60,769 nucleotides of DNA from Bacteroidales bacterium (GTDB lineage Bacteria > Bacteroidota > Bacteroidia > Bacteroidales > UBA4417), in the NCBI GenBank assembly GCA_038249705.1, contig JBBSDC010000004.1, forward strand, positions 1-60,769. The letters run 5' to 3'. Under the pieces are notes generated by a model. It was not told where the DNA came from, did no database searches, and worked only from the letters and a program-made list of their open reading frames with translations. The position numbers were made by a program, and so were the translations under genes. Of the stretch, positions 48,256-59,301 are shown piece by piece. Numbering within the stretch: the stretch's first letter is position 1; the number at the start of each line of letters is the position of its first letter.

Positions 48256-49986
48256 ATGAAACAAAAATTTACGATTTCATGGTTATTGATCTTTCTGGTT
48301 TTTCCCGGTTTCGCACAGGTATTTTCGCCTGTTGATGCAGGAATGACAAGTGTTGGCCGCAGTTCAGTCGCATGGGGCGATTACGATAACGATGGCGACC
48401 TCGATGCACTAATTACAGGCGATCATGGAACCGGCCCTTATGTTGCCGCAGTTTACAGGAATGATGCCGGCGAATTTACTAATATAAATGCCGGGTTAAC
48501 AGGAATTTACAACAGCGCTGTGGCCTGGGGCGATTACGATAATGATGGTGACCTCGATATTGTAGCCGTTGGAAGGAATAGCAGCAATTCAAAAACATTT
48601 ATTTATCAGAATACGAACGGAACTTTTGTGCTGAAAGAAGGTTTGCTTCCGGATATAGGTTCGGATGGCGCAGTTGCGTGGGGCGATTATGATGGTGACA
48701 ATGACCTGGATATCCTGTTAGCCGGTGCATATACCTGCCGCATTTTAAACAATAATTCAGGCGTTTTCACTGATATTAATGCCGGTCTGCCGGGTGTTAC
48801 CAACTGTTGGGTCGACTGGGGTGATTTTGATAACGATGGCGACCTCGATGTTTTCGTTACTGGTGACCTTGGCGGGATAATGTTTTCTGCAATTTACAGC
48901 AATAATTCAGGCGTTTTCACCGAAATGCCGCAGGCTGGAATTATACCTTTAGCCGGTGGCTCTGCCTCATGGTCCGATTTCGATCATGATCGTGACCTGG
49001 ACTTGCTTATCACAGGATTTAACGAGTACCTGGAACCACAGACAACCATATTCAGCAACCTTGGTAATATGGAATTTATGGATGTTTACCCCGGTTTGAT
49101 TGGTGCTTCCTTAGGCACAGCTGCATGGGGCGATTATGATAACGACGGCAAGGCAGATATTCTGCTCACTGGTCAAAATGCGGGTTGCGGAATTCTTTCG
49201 AGCATGGTTTATCACAACGATGGCAATTCGATATTCACTGATATTAATGCCCCGCTCGATGGTGCAGAAAGAGGCTCAGCCGCCTGGGGCGATTTTGAAA
49301 ATGATGGCGACCTCGATTTACTTATAACAGGAGTGAGTGGAGACGGAGCACCTGGTACGCGGCTTTATACTAACGATGCCGGGACTAACCAATATTCTGC
49401 CAATCAGCCGCCTACTGCACCTTACGGACTGAGTATGTATATCGATGGGCACACTGTTTATCTGGGATGGCTCGATGCTGCCGACGATCACACACCAGCA
49501 AAAGGACTCACTTACAACCTGCGGATCGGGACTACTGAAGGCGGACAGGACGTGATGCCCTCGATGTCAAACGTAAACACAGGTAAACGCCTGATGCCAC
49601 AAGCCGGAAATATGGGAAACAATACTGATTGGATTGTGAACCTGCCTGACGGCAATTATTTCTGGAGTGTGCAGGCGATTGATCATTCCTTTGCTGCTTC
49701 CGCGTTTTCGTGGGAACAAACTTTTACAATACTCAATGTGAATGTTGAAAATCAAAAACAACTGCCTGTGTTGATTGCACAACAAGGCGCAGAAAAGCTA
49801 CTTGTTACACTGCCATTCCCTGGTAAAGCAAAAATACAGGTCACCGATAGTAAAGGTTCAAATATGATAAGTTCAGAATTTGAAAACGAAACTTTACTTT
49901 CTTCAACTAACTGGTCGAAAGGAATTTACATCATAAAAATCAGTTTGCCGGGATACCCTTCTTTTAGTACTAAAATAGCAAAATAA
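48256..49986 (+). CDS. Seven-bladed FG-GAP/VCBS repeat protein with Fn3-like domain and degenerate T9SS CTD
   Basis: Seven (A)WGDYDNDGDLD-type repeats; PPTAP..LGW..YNLRIGT..YFWSVQAID; C-terminal KGIYIIKI..TKIAK. Confidence 0.85.
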   Translation: MKQKFTISWLLIFLVFPGFAQVFSPVDAGMTSVGRSSVAWGDYDNDGDLDALITGDHGTGPYVAAVYRNDAGEFTNINAGLTGIYNSAVAWGDYDNDGDLDIVAVGRNSSNSKTFIYQNTNGTFVLKEGLLPDIGSDGAVAWGDYDGDNDLDILLAGAYTCRILNNNSGVFTDINAGLPGVTNCWVDWGDFDNDGDLDVFVTGDLGGIMFSAIYSNNSGVFTEMPQAGIIPLAGGSASWSDFDHDRDLDLLITGFNEYLEPQTTIFSNLGNMEFMDVYPGLIGASLGTAAWGDYDNDGKADILLTGQNAGCGILSSMVYHNDGNSIFTDINAPLDGAERGSAAWGDFENDGDLDLLITGVSGDGAPGTRLYTNDAGTNQYSANQPPTAPYGLSMYIDGHTVYLGWLDAADDHTPAKGLTYNLRIGTTEGGQDVMPSMSNVNTGKRLMPQAGNMGNNTDWIVNLPDGNYFWSVQAIDHSFAASAFSWEQTFTILNVNVENQKQLPVLIAQQGAEKLLVTLPFPGKAKIQVTDSKGSNMISSEFENETLLSSTNWSKGIYIIKISLPGYPSFSTKIAK

Positions 49987-50001
49987 AATCCCTGCGAACA
50001 T

Positions 50002-50043
50002 AAAAAAACACCCGTCAGATAAAACTGAACGGGTGTTTTTTTT
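50002..50043. terminator. Bidirectional terminator between convergent genes
   Basis: AAAAAAACACCCGT-CAG..CTG-A-ACGGGTGTTTTTTTT. Confidence 0.85.
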
Positions 50044-50059
50044 GATGTTCTAAATCTGC

Positions 50060-51439
50060 CTATGAATTGGAATTCAGTTCATCAGCATAATATTTATAGA
50101 ACCAGGTGATGGTTTCAATTCCTTTATAAAAACATTCCAGATGGTAGTTTTCATTAGGCGAATGCGCTGCATCAGTATCAAGACCAAAACCCATCAGGAT
50201 GGATTTTATTCCTAAAACCTGTTCAAAAGTCGAAATAATCGGGATACTTCCCCCGCTGCGGGTCGGTACTGGTTTTATTCCAAAAGTTTTTTCGTATGCA
50301 TTGCTTGCTGCGCGATAGGCTGCTGTGTTGGTAGGTGCCACATACGGATATCCGCCATGATGTTCTCTTACAGTAACTTTTACGCAATCAGGAGCAATTG
50401 ATTCGAAATGACGGGCAAATAAATCCGCAATTTTGTGTGGATCCTGGTGAGGAACCAATCTCATACTTATTTTTGCGAAAGCTTTTGCGGGCAATACCGT
50501 TTTTGACCCTTCGCCTGTATATCCGCTCCAGATGCCGTTTACATCCAATGCCGGACGAATTCCTGTACATTCGTTTACAGTATAGCCTTTTTCGCAGAGT
50601 GTTGTCTTAACATCGAGTTTCCTTTTATATTCCTCCAAATTAAACGGTGCGCGGGCCATATCGGTGCGTTCTTCTTCTGAAAGTTCAAGTACGTCATCAT
50701 AAAAACCTGGTATTGTTATATGGTTGTTTTCGTCGTGCAGGGAAGCAATCATCTTGGCAAGAATAGTTGCCGGGTTACCAACAGCACCGCCATACAAACC
50801 GGAATGCAGGTCTTTATCCGGACCGGCCACTTCCACTTCCATATAAGCCAAACCGCGCAATCCTACCGTAATACTTGGAATATCGATAGCAATCATACTT
50901 GTATCCGAAACCAGTATCAGATCAGCTTTTAACAGATCTTTCTGACCTGGAAGCCATTTACCCAGTGCCGGCGAACCCATTTCTTCTTCACCTTCAATCA
51001 TCCATTTTACATTAAACTGAAGCTGATTGGTCGAAACCAGGTATTCAAAAGCTTTTACCTGCATAAAAAGCTGGCCTTTATCATCCACAGCGCCACGGGC
51101 AAAAATTTTACCATCGCGAACTTCAGGCTCAAAAGGAGGCGAATCCCAAAGATCGAGAGGATCAACAGGCATTACATCATAATGTCCATACACAAGGATT
51201 GTTGGCTTGGCCGGATCAATAATTTTTTCGCCATAAACAACGGGATGGCCTGTGGTTTCCAATATCTCCGCTTTATCAACACCCGCTTTAAGCAATTGAT
51301 CAACAAGATATTGTGCTGTTTTTACCATATCCTCTTTATGCTCGCTCTGCGAACTGATGGAAGGAATTCGGATAAGGCCAAACAGCTCATCAAGGTAGCG
51401 TCCGGAATTCGATTGGATGTGGGCTTTTAGATTTTCCAT
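50060..51439 (-). CDS. M20 family dipeptidase
   Basis: YGHYDVMP, ARGAVDDKGQ, EGEEEMGS, DLHSGLYGG, GGSIP, HSPNE. Confidence 0.92.
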   Translation of the reverse strand: MENLKAHIQSNSGRYLDELFGLIRIPSISSQSEHKEDMVKTAQYLVDQLLKAGVDKAEILETTGHPVVYGEKIIDPAKPTILVYGHYDVMPVDPLDLWDSPPFEPEVRDGKIFARGAVDDKGQLFMQVKAFEYLVSTNQLQFNVKWMIEGEEEMGSPALGKWLPGQKDLLKADLILVSDTSMIAIDIPSITVGLRGLAYMEVEVAGPDKDLHSGLYGGAVGNPATILAKMIASLHDENNHITIPGFYDDVLELSEEERTDMARAPFNLEEYKRKLDVKTTLCEKGYTVNECTGIRPALDVNGIWSGYTGEGSKTVLPAKAFAKISMRLVPHQDPHKIADLFARHFESIAPDCVKVTVREHHGGYPYVAPTNTAAYRAASNAYEKTFGIKPVPTRSGGSIPIISTFEQVLGIKSILMGFGLDTDAAHSPNENYHLECFYKGIETITWFYKYYADELNSNS

Positions 51440-51579
51440 ATATTGACTCTGGTTTATTGGTTTTTAAGCATTAAATAGAAAGGAGGCAATCAGTTTTGAT
51501 ATTCATTTTCAAAAATACAGTAAAAACATATGTACTTACTGATTTTATGAATTTTTTAGACTTTCCCGGGCTGAGAGGA

Positions 51580-52359
51580 TCACTTTTTTTCAGTGGATTC
51601 AAAATACTTTATTTCAAATAATTCCCCATCGAATTTACCGTACGTGAAATGTGTTACCCAATCGCCAAGTATAATGCAACTGGCTTTTTCTGAAACCTTT
51701 ATATTAGTCGGAACATGTCTGTGCCCAAATACAAAATAATCGACATCAGGCATTTGGGTTGCCATTTCGCGCGAGTATATAAGGAGTTTCTCCTTGTCAA
51801 CCTCTAAAAAATTTTCGTCCTTATCTTGCTTTATCATATTCGAAATACGGCTGCCACGGGAAAAATACAGTCCCATTTTTGTTCCCAGGTCGGGATGAAG
51901 CCAGCGGAAGAGAAACTGGTTGAATTTGGAAAGAAATACCTTTTTCAGAAATTTATACCCTTTATCACCCGGACCCAGACCATCGCCATGTGCGAGAAAA
52001 AAATTCTTTCCTTTCAATGTTATTTCCAGCGTATCGTCGTGAATCGTAACTCCCGCTTCCTCATTGAGATAATCGAATGCCCAGAAATCGTGGTTTCCCT
52101 TAAAAAAATGAACGGGGATTCCTTTGTCATTCAATTCGGCAAGTTTACTGAAAAGCCGTGTATATCCTTTGGGCACAACGGTTTGATACTCATACCAGAA
52201 ATCGAAAAGATCACCCATCAGGTAAATGGCCTCAGCATCAGCAGCTACCATGTTCAGCCAACGTATCAATCTCTTTTCGCGAACCAGGCTACTCAACCTG
52301 TCGGGGATGCCAAGGTGAAAATCGCTTGCAAAATAGATGCTGGTTTTATGAGGTGCCAT
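51580..52359 (-). CDS. lpxH: UDP-2,3-diacylglucosamine diphosphatase
   Basis: ASDFHLG, MGDLFDFW, GNHDFW, AHGDGLG, FGHRH, LGDW. Confidence 0.88.
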   Translation of the reverse strand: MAPHKTSIYFASDFHLGIPDRLSSLVREKRLIRWLNMVAADAEAIYLMGDLFDFWYEYQTVVPKGYTRLFSKLAELNDKGIPVHFFKGNHDFWAFDYLNEEAGVTIHDDTLEITLKGKNFFLAHGDGLGPGDKGYKFLKKVFLSKFNQFLFRWLHPDLGTKMGLYFSRGSRISNMIKQDKDENFLEVDKEKLLIYSREMATQMPDVDYFVFGHRHVPTNIKVSEKASCIILGDWVTHFTYGKFDGELFEIKYFESTEKK

Positions 52360-52455
52360 CAGGATTTTAATTTTTTTATAAAAGGAGTAAATTGTACGCT
52401 ATAGGTTTAAAGAGTTTTTTCGGGTTTCAGCCGATCAGAGTTCCGTAATCCAACA

Positions 52456-53622
52456 TCAAAGATTCATTTTTATCAATGACTCCAACTGACTTAATTCAGG
52501 CTGACGGGCAATTATTGTTCCATTTCTGGCTACCAGAATCATATTAGGAAGTTGGCGTACACCATAGGTTTTACTGAATTCCGATGCAAGTCCTTTCGTA
52601 TCAATCACATTCATCCAATAAGCCCGGTCGATGAGGCAGGCCTTTTGCCAAAGATCAGCGTCCGAATCAACAGATACCGCAAATATTTCGAAACCGCGGT
52701 TGTGGTATTTATTGTACAAAGTTGTAAGGTTCATGTTTGTCTGTCGGCTGAGCGCATTCCAGCTGCTCCAGAAATAAACCAGCACCAGCTTTCCTTTAAG
52801 CGACGAAAGACTAATTTCATTTCCCGAAGTATTGGGTAAAATTATTTCAGGCGCAGGCATACCCGCTTTCAGCAGGCTGTCGCGGATTTTCATATCATCC
52901 ATCTCAGCCCTGAAATCGAGCATGCGAAGGTGAAGCGAATTTACCAGACTGTTTTCGGGATGTGCGATCATAAGCGCACTATCGAGTTTCAGATACAATT
53001 CGGGATGAGTTTTTTCGGATACTAACGGGTTGGGTCCAAAATTTTCAGAAATCACCAGCAACGAGGCAAGGGAGCTGGGATGACCGTTGATAAACTCAAT
53101 TACTTTCTCCTTCTGAAAATTAAATATTTGCAGGTAAGCAGAGTCCAGCGAGTTTTTAATAAATTGAAAATCAGGATTCATGCGACTTTCGGTAAAAACA
53201 CCGGAAAGCGAATCGACTTTTTTGAGGTTAGCCATTGTAAACTGATTGAAAACAGCCAAAAGTTCCGAATCCTTCGAGCCTGTAACAGTATAAGTATTCC
53301 TTAAAGCGTTGCCATCACCCGTAAGGATTAAATTTTCGCCTGGTGCAATTACAAGTGTTATTTCATCTTTCGAACTGCTTTTCAAAGTGTAACAACCGGC
53401 TTTCTCTACGGCAAGTGAAACAGTGAATTTGCCGTCAGCATCCGTACTCGCCGAATCGATAAGCGGCTTGCTGGTGGGCAAAACCTGGTAAATAAGTAGC
53501 TTTGTCTCAGGCAAATTGGTAAAAGTACCGCTGATGGTTGCATTATCTTCCGAAATGAATTTGCATCCCTGGAAAACCAGTAAAACAAGGAGTATAAAAG
53601 GAAAAATGACTTTATTGGCCAT
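52456..53622 (-). CDS. TlpA/AhpC-TSA family lipoprotein (DUF4369-like N-domain) lacking CxxC
   Basis: Lipobox FQG/C; GMPAPEIILP..LSSLKGKLVLVYFWSSWNALSR, GFEIFAVSVD; start 53622 or 53631. Confidence 0.78.
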   Translation of the reverse strand: MANKVIFPFILLVLLVFQGCKFISEDNATISGTFTNLPETKLLIYQVLPTSKPLIDSASTDADGKFTVSLAVEKAGCYTLKSSSKDEITLVIAPGENLILTGDGNALRNTYTVTGSKDSELLAVFNQFTMANLKKVDSLSGVFTESRMNPDFQFIKNSLDSAYLQIFNFQKEKVIEFINGHPSSLASLLVISENFGPNPLVSEKTHPELYLKLDSALMIAHPENSLVNSLHLRMLDFRAEMDDMKIRDSLLKAGMPAPEIILPNTSGNEISLSSLKGKLVLVYFWSSWNALSRQTNMNLTTLYNKYHNRGFEIFAVSVDSDADLWQKACLIDRAYWMNVIDTKGLASEFSKTYGVRQLPNMILVARNGTIIARQPELSQLESLIKMNL

Positions 53623-53942
53623 ACTAAACATGTGCTTTGGGGCAAAGATCGGAAAAATGATTGAATACGCCTTTCTGTAATTGATTGGATCAGATTTAAA
53701 TAAAATATTGGCTGAATTAATGAACATTCGTTAATGCTAAAGCTCTGAAAATTACACAATATTTCATTGGTTAAGTTAACAATTAATCTGATTTGACTTT
53801 CGCACAGCCCTTCTGTTAGCAATAAATGTTACATGAGATTTTTTCAGCATTATTACCGCTTTTAAAATGATACTGTAACCTGCCTTTAAAACACCTAAGA
53901 ATTATTCCGCTTATCATTTGATTTCATATCAATAATTTCATA

Positions 53943-53950
53943 TATCTTTG
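53943..53950 (+). promoter_or_regulatory. -7 element (TATCTTTG) for the riboswitch-metH leader
   Basis: TAnnTTTG match about 30 nt upstream of the aptamer. Confidence 0.7.
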
Positions 53951-53980
53951 CAGCTTCAAATATTCCTTTCGTAAAAACAA

Positions 53981-54110
53981 GGAGGTTTGAGTTATAAAGA
54001 AGAGGGAAGAGAACAGGCTCAGCGAACCTCTGGCAACCACCACCACCCGGTGCGTAAGGTGCCAAAACCTGATCCCGATATTTCGGGAGATTATAATTGA
54101 AACACACTCC
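53981..54110 (+). ncRNA. SAM-I (S-box) riboswitch
   Basis: TTATAAAGAAGAGGGAAGAGAACAGGCTCAGCGAACCTCTGGCAACC..AAGGTGCCAAAACCTG, P4 TCCCGA-TATT-TCGGGA, closing TTATAA; in the metH leader. Confidence 0.85.
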
Positions 54111-54206
54111 TGCTCCCGGAATCGGAGATAATGAATGTGTTAAGTTAAAAACTTCTGTACTGCTGCTTTGTTTTAGGTATGCAGCACGGATAAATATTTA
54201 AATCAT

Positions 54207-57200
54207 ATGCACGAAAGGAACAAAATATACAAAGTTTTAGAGGAGCGCGTTTTAGTGCTCGATGGCGCAATGGGCACCATGATTCAACGGTACAAACTTT
54301 CGGATGCCGACTACCGCGGAACCCGTTTTGCATCGCATCCGATTGATCTTAAAGGGTGTAACGACTTGCTTTGCCTTACCAAACCGGAAGTCATCAGCCA
54401 AATTCATGCTGCTTACCTCGAAGCCGGTGCCGATATTATTGAAACAAATACATTTAATGCCACTTCGGTATCCATGGCTGACTACCAGCTGGAATCAGTT
54501 GTGTATGAAATAAATGTTGCTGCCGCCAAAATTGCTGCTACCGAAGCTGCAAAATTCACAGCCCTGAACCCCGAAAAACCTCGTTTTGTAGCCGGTGCCG
54601 TAGGGCCAACCAGCAAAACAGCAAGCATGTCGCCCGATGTAAACGATCCGGGATTTCGTGCTGTAAGTTACGATCAGCTTAAAAATTCATATTCTGAGCA
54701 AGTTAATGGATTAATTGACGGTGGTGTCGATTTGTTGCTTGTCGAAACTATTTTCGATACACTTAATGCCAAAGCAGCCTTGTATGCTATTAACGAAATA
54801 CTTGCTGCACGAAATCTGCGCATTCCGGTAATGGTTTCGGGAACAATAACGGATTTAAGCGGCCGCACGCTATCGGGTCAAACGGTGGAAGCTTTTTTGA
54901 ATTCGGTTTCGCACATCGACCTTCTGAGTGTTGGCTTTAATTGCTCCTTAGGTGCCGAGCAACTCAACCCGTTTATCGAAGAGCTTTCGCGCAAAGCGCC
55001 CTTCTATGTAAGTGCTTATCCGAACGCTGGTTTGCCCAACCAATTTGGCGAATACGACGAGTCACCACTTCAGATGGCAACTCATGTAAACCCTATACTT
55101 AAGAACAAATCAGTTAATATTATAGGTGGATGCTGCGGCACAACGCCGGAACACATCAGTGAATTGTGCCGTATTGCCGAACAATCAACACCCAGGCCTT
55201 TACCTGAAATAGATAAACATCTTCGCCTGAGCGGGCTCGAACCTTTATTGGTTTTTGCCAACAGCAATTTTATTAATATCGGCGAACGCACCAATGTTTC
55301 CGGTTCCAAAAAATTTGCAAGGCTTATCCGTGAGGAAAAATACGACGAAGCCCTTTCCGTTGCCCGCGAGCAGGTAGAAGCTGGTGCCCAGGTGCTGGAT
55401 ATCAATATGGACGATGCCATGCTTGATTCGCAGCGCGAAATGGTGCGTTTCCTGCATATGCTGATGTCGGAACCGGAAATTGCGCGGGTTCCCATTATGG
55501 TCGATTCATCCAAATGGGAGGTTATAGAAGCCGGTTTAAAATGCCTGCAAGGCAAAGCTATTGTGAATTCCATCAGCATGAAAGAAGGCGAAGATGCTTT
55601 CAGGGAACATGCACGTAAAATCAGGAATTACGGAGCCGCCATGGTGGTTATGGCTTTCGACGAACAGGGACAAGCCAGCACTTTCGAACGACGTATCGAA
55701 ATCTGCGAACGCGCTTATAAAATCCTGGTGAATGAAATAGGTGTTCCTCCCGAGGATATTATTTTCGATCCGAATATTCTTGCCATTGCTACAGGAATCG
55801 AAGAGCATAACAATTATGCTATCGACTTTATCGAAACCATTAAATGGATAAAGAAAAACCTTCCATATGCCAGGATCAGCGGCGGAATCAGCAATTTGTC
55901 GTTTTCCTTCCGCGGAAACGATATTTTACGCGAAGCCATGCATTCGGCTTTCCTTTATCACGCCATAAAAGCCGGTATGGATATGGGAATCGTAAACGCC
56001 GGTAATCTTCCGGTTTATGATGATATTCCGGCTGATTTGCTCGAACTTATCGAAGATGTACTTTTCAACCGCAGACCCGATTCAACCGAAAGGCTGATTG
56101 ATTATGCATCGAAAATGAAAACCACCGAAAAGACCGAAGCAGCTGCAAAAGCATGGCGAAGTCTGCCTGTTAACGAACGCCTCACCTATGCGCTGGTTCA
56201 TGGATTGGATGCCGATATAGCAACTGATGTGGAAGAAGCCCGTCCGCATTTTGCTAAAGCATTGGAAGTTATTGAAGGTCCTTTGATGGCCGGAATGAAT
56301 GTGGTTGGTGATTTATTCGGAGCCGGAAAAATGTTCCTTCCTCAAGTAGTGAAAAGCGCCCGGGTTATGAAAAAAGCTGTGGCCGTGCTGCTTCCATACA
56401 TCGAAGCGGAGAAAGTAAAAGGGGAAGGAAGTTCGGCAGGTAAAATATTGATGGCCACAGTTAAAGGCGATGTACACGATATTGGTAAAAACATTGTTGG
56501 TGTTGTGCTTGGATGCAACAATTACGAAGTTATTGACCTGGGTGTAATGGTTCATGCCGAAAAAATACTGGATGCTGCTATCAGAGAAAAAGTGGATATC
56601 ATAGGATTGTCAGGATTGATAACACCTTCATTGGAAGAAATGAGTTTCGTAGCTTCGGAAATGGAACGCCGTGGATTTATACTTCCATTGCTCATTGGTG
56701 GAGCAACCACCAGCGAAATGCATACCGCGGTTAAAATTGCGCCTGAATACAGCCAGCCTGTAGTGCATGTTCGCGATGCTTCGAGGGCTACCAGCGTAGT
56801 AGCTGCCCTGCTTTCGAAAGATAACAAACAGCCGTTTGTTGATTCGGTTAAGGGAAAATATGCTCAACTTAGGCACAAACATGAAAGTACACGAGCCGGC
56901 GTTACCTATTTGTCGCTGTCGCAAGCAAGAGCCAACCATTTCGAAACCAACTGGAAAAACTTTAAACCTTACAAACCATCCTTTCTAGGTGTTAAACATC
57001 TTGAAAGTTATCCGCTTGAAGAAATCAGCAAATACATCGACTGGACGTTTTTCTTCCATGCATGGAAAATGAGCGGTAAATATCCTGCCATTTTTGATGA
57101 TCCGGCAAAAGGTACTGAAGCCCGCAAACTTTTTAACGAAGCACAGGTACTTCTTAAAAAGATTATTGATGAAAAAATGGTTCAGGCTAATGGAGTGTTT

Positions 57201-57869
57201 GGATTCTTTCCTGCCAACGCAACTGGCGACAGTATCGAACTCAGCCTTGAAGGAAACAAAAAATCCATGTTGCATTTCCTCCGTAACGAAGAAGAAAAGG
57301 AAAATGAAATCCCCAATCTCTCACTCGCTGATTTTATTGCGCCGGATGATGCCGGCTACAGCGATTATATCGGATTGTTTGCCATTACTGCCGGACTTGG
57401 TATTGAAAAATGGGTGAAACTTTATGAAGATCAGAATGATGATTATAATGCCATAATGGTAAAAATTCTTGCCGATCGCTTAGCTGAAGCTTTTGCTGAA
57501 CTTCTTCACGAAAAAGTCCGCAAGGAATATTGGGGATATGCCAAAGACGAAATCCTGACAATCGACGAAATTATTCACGAAAAATATGCCGGAATTCGTC
57601 CGGCACCAGGTTATCCTGCCTGCCCCGAGCATAGTGAAAAAGGCACTATTTTCAATCTGCTAAATGCTGCGCAATCAGGCATTTCGCTTACCGAAAATTT
57701 TGCTATGTATCCGGGAGCAGCTGTTAGCGGTTACTATTTCGCACATCCTGAAGCCCAGTATTTTGCGATAAGCAGGATTAGTAAAGAACAGGTTGAAGAT
57801 TATGCTTCGCGTAAAAACATGTCAGTAAAGGAAATCGAAAAACTGCTCGCTTCGAATTTGAATTATTGA
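54207..57869 (+). CDS. metH: Cobalamin-dependent methionine synthase
   Basis: [63 protein letters not shown]. Confidence 0.98.
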   Translation: MHERNKIYKVLEERVLVLDGAMGTMIQRYKLSDADYRGTRFASHPIDLKGCNDLLCLTKPEVISQIHAAYLEAGADIIETNTFNATSVSMADYQLESVVYEINVAAAKIAATEAAKFTALNPEKPRFVAGAVGPTSKTASMSPDVNDPGFRAVSYDQLKNSYSEQVNGLIDGGVDLLLVETIFDTLNAKAALYAINEILAARNLRIPVMVSGTITDLSGRTLSGQTVEAFLNSVSHIDLLSVGFNCSLGAEQLNPFIEELSRKAPFYVSAYPNAGLPNQFGEYDESPLQMATHVNPILKNKSVNIIGGCCGTTPEHISELCRIAEQSTPRPLPEIDKHLRLSGLEPLLVFANSNFINIGERTNVSGSKKFARLIREEKYDEALSVAREQVEAGAQVLDINMDDAMLDSQREMVRFLHMLMSEPEIARVPIMVDSSKWEVIEAGLKCLQGKAIVNSISMKEGEDAFREHARKIRNYGAAMVVMAFDEQGQASTFERRIEICERAYKILVNEIGVPPEDIIFDPNILAIATGIEEHNNYAIDFIETIKWIKKNLPYARISGGISNLSFSFRGNDILREAMHSAFLYHAIKAGMDMGIVNAGNLPVYDDIPADLLELIEDVLFNRRPDSTERLIDYASKMKTTEKTEAAAKAWRSLPVNERLTYALVHGLDADIATDVEEARPHFAKALEVIEGPLMAGMNVVGDLFGAGKMFLPQVVKSARVMKKAVAVLLPYIEAEKVKGEGSSAGKILMATVKGDVHDIGKNIVGVVLGCNNYEVIDLGVMVHAEKILDAAIREKVDIIGLSGLITPSLEEMSFVASEMERRGFILPLLIGGATTSEMHTAVKIAPEYSQPVVHVRDASRATSVVAALLSKDNKQPFVDSVKGKYAQLRHKHESTRAGVTYLSLSQARANHFETNWKNFKPYKPSFLGVKHLESYPLEEISKYIDWTFFFHAWKMSGKYPAIFDDPAKGTEARKLFNEAQVLLKKIIDEKMVQANGVFGFFPANATGDSIELSLEGNKKSMLHFLRNEEEKENEIPNLSLADFIAPDDAGYSDYIGLFAITAGLGIEKWVKLYEDQNDDYNAIMVKILADRLAEAFAELLHEKVRKEYWGYAKDEILTIDEIIHEKYAGIRPAPGYPACPEHSEKGTIFNLLNAAQSGISLTENFAMYPGAAVSGYYFAHPEAQYFAISRISKEQVEDYASRKNMSVKEIEKLLASNLNY

Positions 57870-57904
57870 GAAAAGGCTGGAAGACGGAAGACGAGCGAAA
57901 AGTG

Positions 57905-57970
57905 CCCTTCGACTCCGCTCAGGGTGACGGAATAGTGAAAAGGGAAAAGGGAAAAGGGAAAAAGGAACTA
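57905..57970. repeat. REP-like element CCCTTCGACTCCGCTCAGGGTGAC followed by six degenerate heptamers
   Basis: Same CTTCGAC..CTCAG core as 11206; then GGAATAG TGAAAAG GGAAAAG GGAAAAG GGAAAAA GGAACTA. Confidence 0.7.
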
Positions 57971-58149
57971 AAATTAAAATCCATAACTAAATGTCACCAC
58001 TGAACCTTAAAACGCTCATTAACACATTCCTATCTTGGTGATAAACATAGGATTGAGAAAAATGTCTTCTGACCTGGATGATCAAACCTCATTTTAAATT
58101 ACAGAACAATCAAAGTAGCTGAATAAAATTTACACGAAGAACTATCCCA

Positions 58150-59106
58150 ATGAAAGTAACTGACTATATACTAGAAAGCAAAGGAAAAACACTTTTTACG
58201 TTCGAGCTGCTGCCCCCGCTAAAGGGAGAAAATATTGATTCCATATACCAGACAATTGAACCATTGGCTGAATATAATCCCGCTTTTGTTGACGTAACCT
58301 ATCACCGCGAAGAAGTTATTCTCAAGGAGCGCGAAGATGGTTTGCTTGAGCGGCGCACTGTGCGAAAAAGGCCCGGAACGGTTGCTATTGCCGCTGCCAT
58401 AAAATTTAAATATGGCATTGATGTGGTTCCGCACCTTATCTGCGGAGGTTTCAGTCAGGAGGAAACCGAAAATGCGCTTATCGACCTTCAGTTTCTGGGT
58501 ATAGATAATATTTTACTCATTCGCGGCGATAACCTGCGTGGAGAGAAACAATTTAAACCTGAACCCGACGGTCACCGCTTTGCCCTCGATCTTGTGAAAC
58601 AGTCTGTTAAACTTAATGCAGGCATTTACCTTGAAGAAGACATATTAAACCCCGTTCCTACCAATTTCTGCATTGGCGTTGCCGGATATCCCGAAAAGCA
58701 TATGGAATCGCCAAACCTGGCAACCGACCTTCAATACCTGAAAGCAAAAGTAGATGCCGGAGCTGATTATATTGTAACTCAGATGTTTTTTGATAATTCG
58801 AAATATTTTGAGTTTGTAAGCGCCTGCCGCGAAACCGGAATCAATATCCCTATTATTCCTGGACTGAAACCTATTTCCCTGAAATCGCAGCTTTCGACAT
58901 TGCCCAGGACTTTTTCGATTGATATTCCTGATGCGTTGGTAAAGGAAGTTGAAAAATGCACGGATACTCAGCAAGTGAGACAGGTTGGCGTTGAATGGGC
59001 TATACAGCAATCGCGCGAACTTATAAAATTTGGGGTGCCGGTACTTCATTTTTATACCATGGGGAAATCGGATAATATCAGTAAAATTGCGAAAGCGGTT
59101 TTCTAA
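58150..59106 (+). CDS. metF: 5,10-methylenetetrahydrofolate reductase
   Basis: FELLPP, FVDVTYH, VPHLIC, RGD, IGVAGYPEKH, KVDAGADYIVTQMFFD, LHFYTM; follows metH. Confidence 0.95.
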   Translation: MKVTDYILESKGKTLFTFELLPPLKGENIDSIYQTIEPLAEYNPAFVDVTYHREEVILKEREDGLLERRTVRKRPGTVAIAAAIKFKYGIDVVPHLICGGFSQEETENALIDLQFLGIDNILLIRGDNLRGEKQFKPEPDGHRFALDLVKQSVKLNAGIYLEEDILNPVPTNFCIGVAGYPEKHMESPNLATDLQYLKAKVDAGADYIVTQMFFDNSKYFEFVSACRETGINIPIIPGLKPISLKSQLSTLPRTFSIDIPDALVKEVEKCTDTQQVRQVGVEWAIQQSRELIKFGVPVLHFYTMGKSDNISKIAKAVF

Positions 59107-59248
59107 CAGTTACAATGTGTAATTGGGTGCCGGCTGTCTTGAATATGGAAATAAGCAAAGTAATTCCTTCTGCAAAACCGCTTGTAAAGGAATAACTCAA
59201 GCATATCTAAACCTCAAAATTATTGTCTCAGGCAACGAATCTATATTC

Positions 59249-59283
59249 AGGCAGTAGTAGTTACTGCCTTTTTTTTACATTTG
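59249..59283 (+). terminator. Terminator after metF, abutting a TACATTTG -7 element (59276-59283)
   Basis: AGGCAGTA-GTAGT-TACTGCCT then T tract; promoter motif about 19 nt upstream of 59302. Confidence 0.7.
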
Positions 59284-59301
59284 CGTTTTCAAACTTATTA
59301 A

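Noticed and set aside
48340-49380. DNA-level repeats in the FG-GAP gene as a diversity-generating or recombination system
   Set aside because: Explained by the seven protein propeller blades; no reverse transcriptase, template repeat or recombinase nearby
51826-52404. 192-aa antisense ORF over lpxH, and similar ones at 2471-2989 and 37680-38345
   Set aside because: They overlap well-supported genes on the opposite strand and have no motifs
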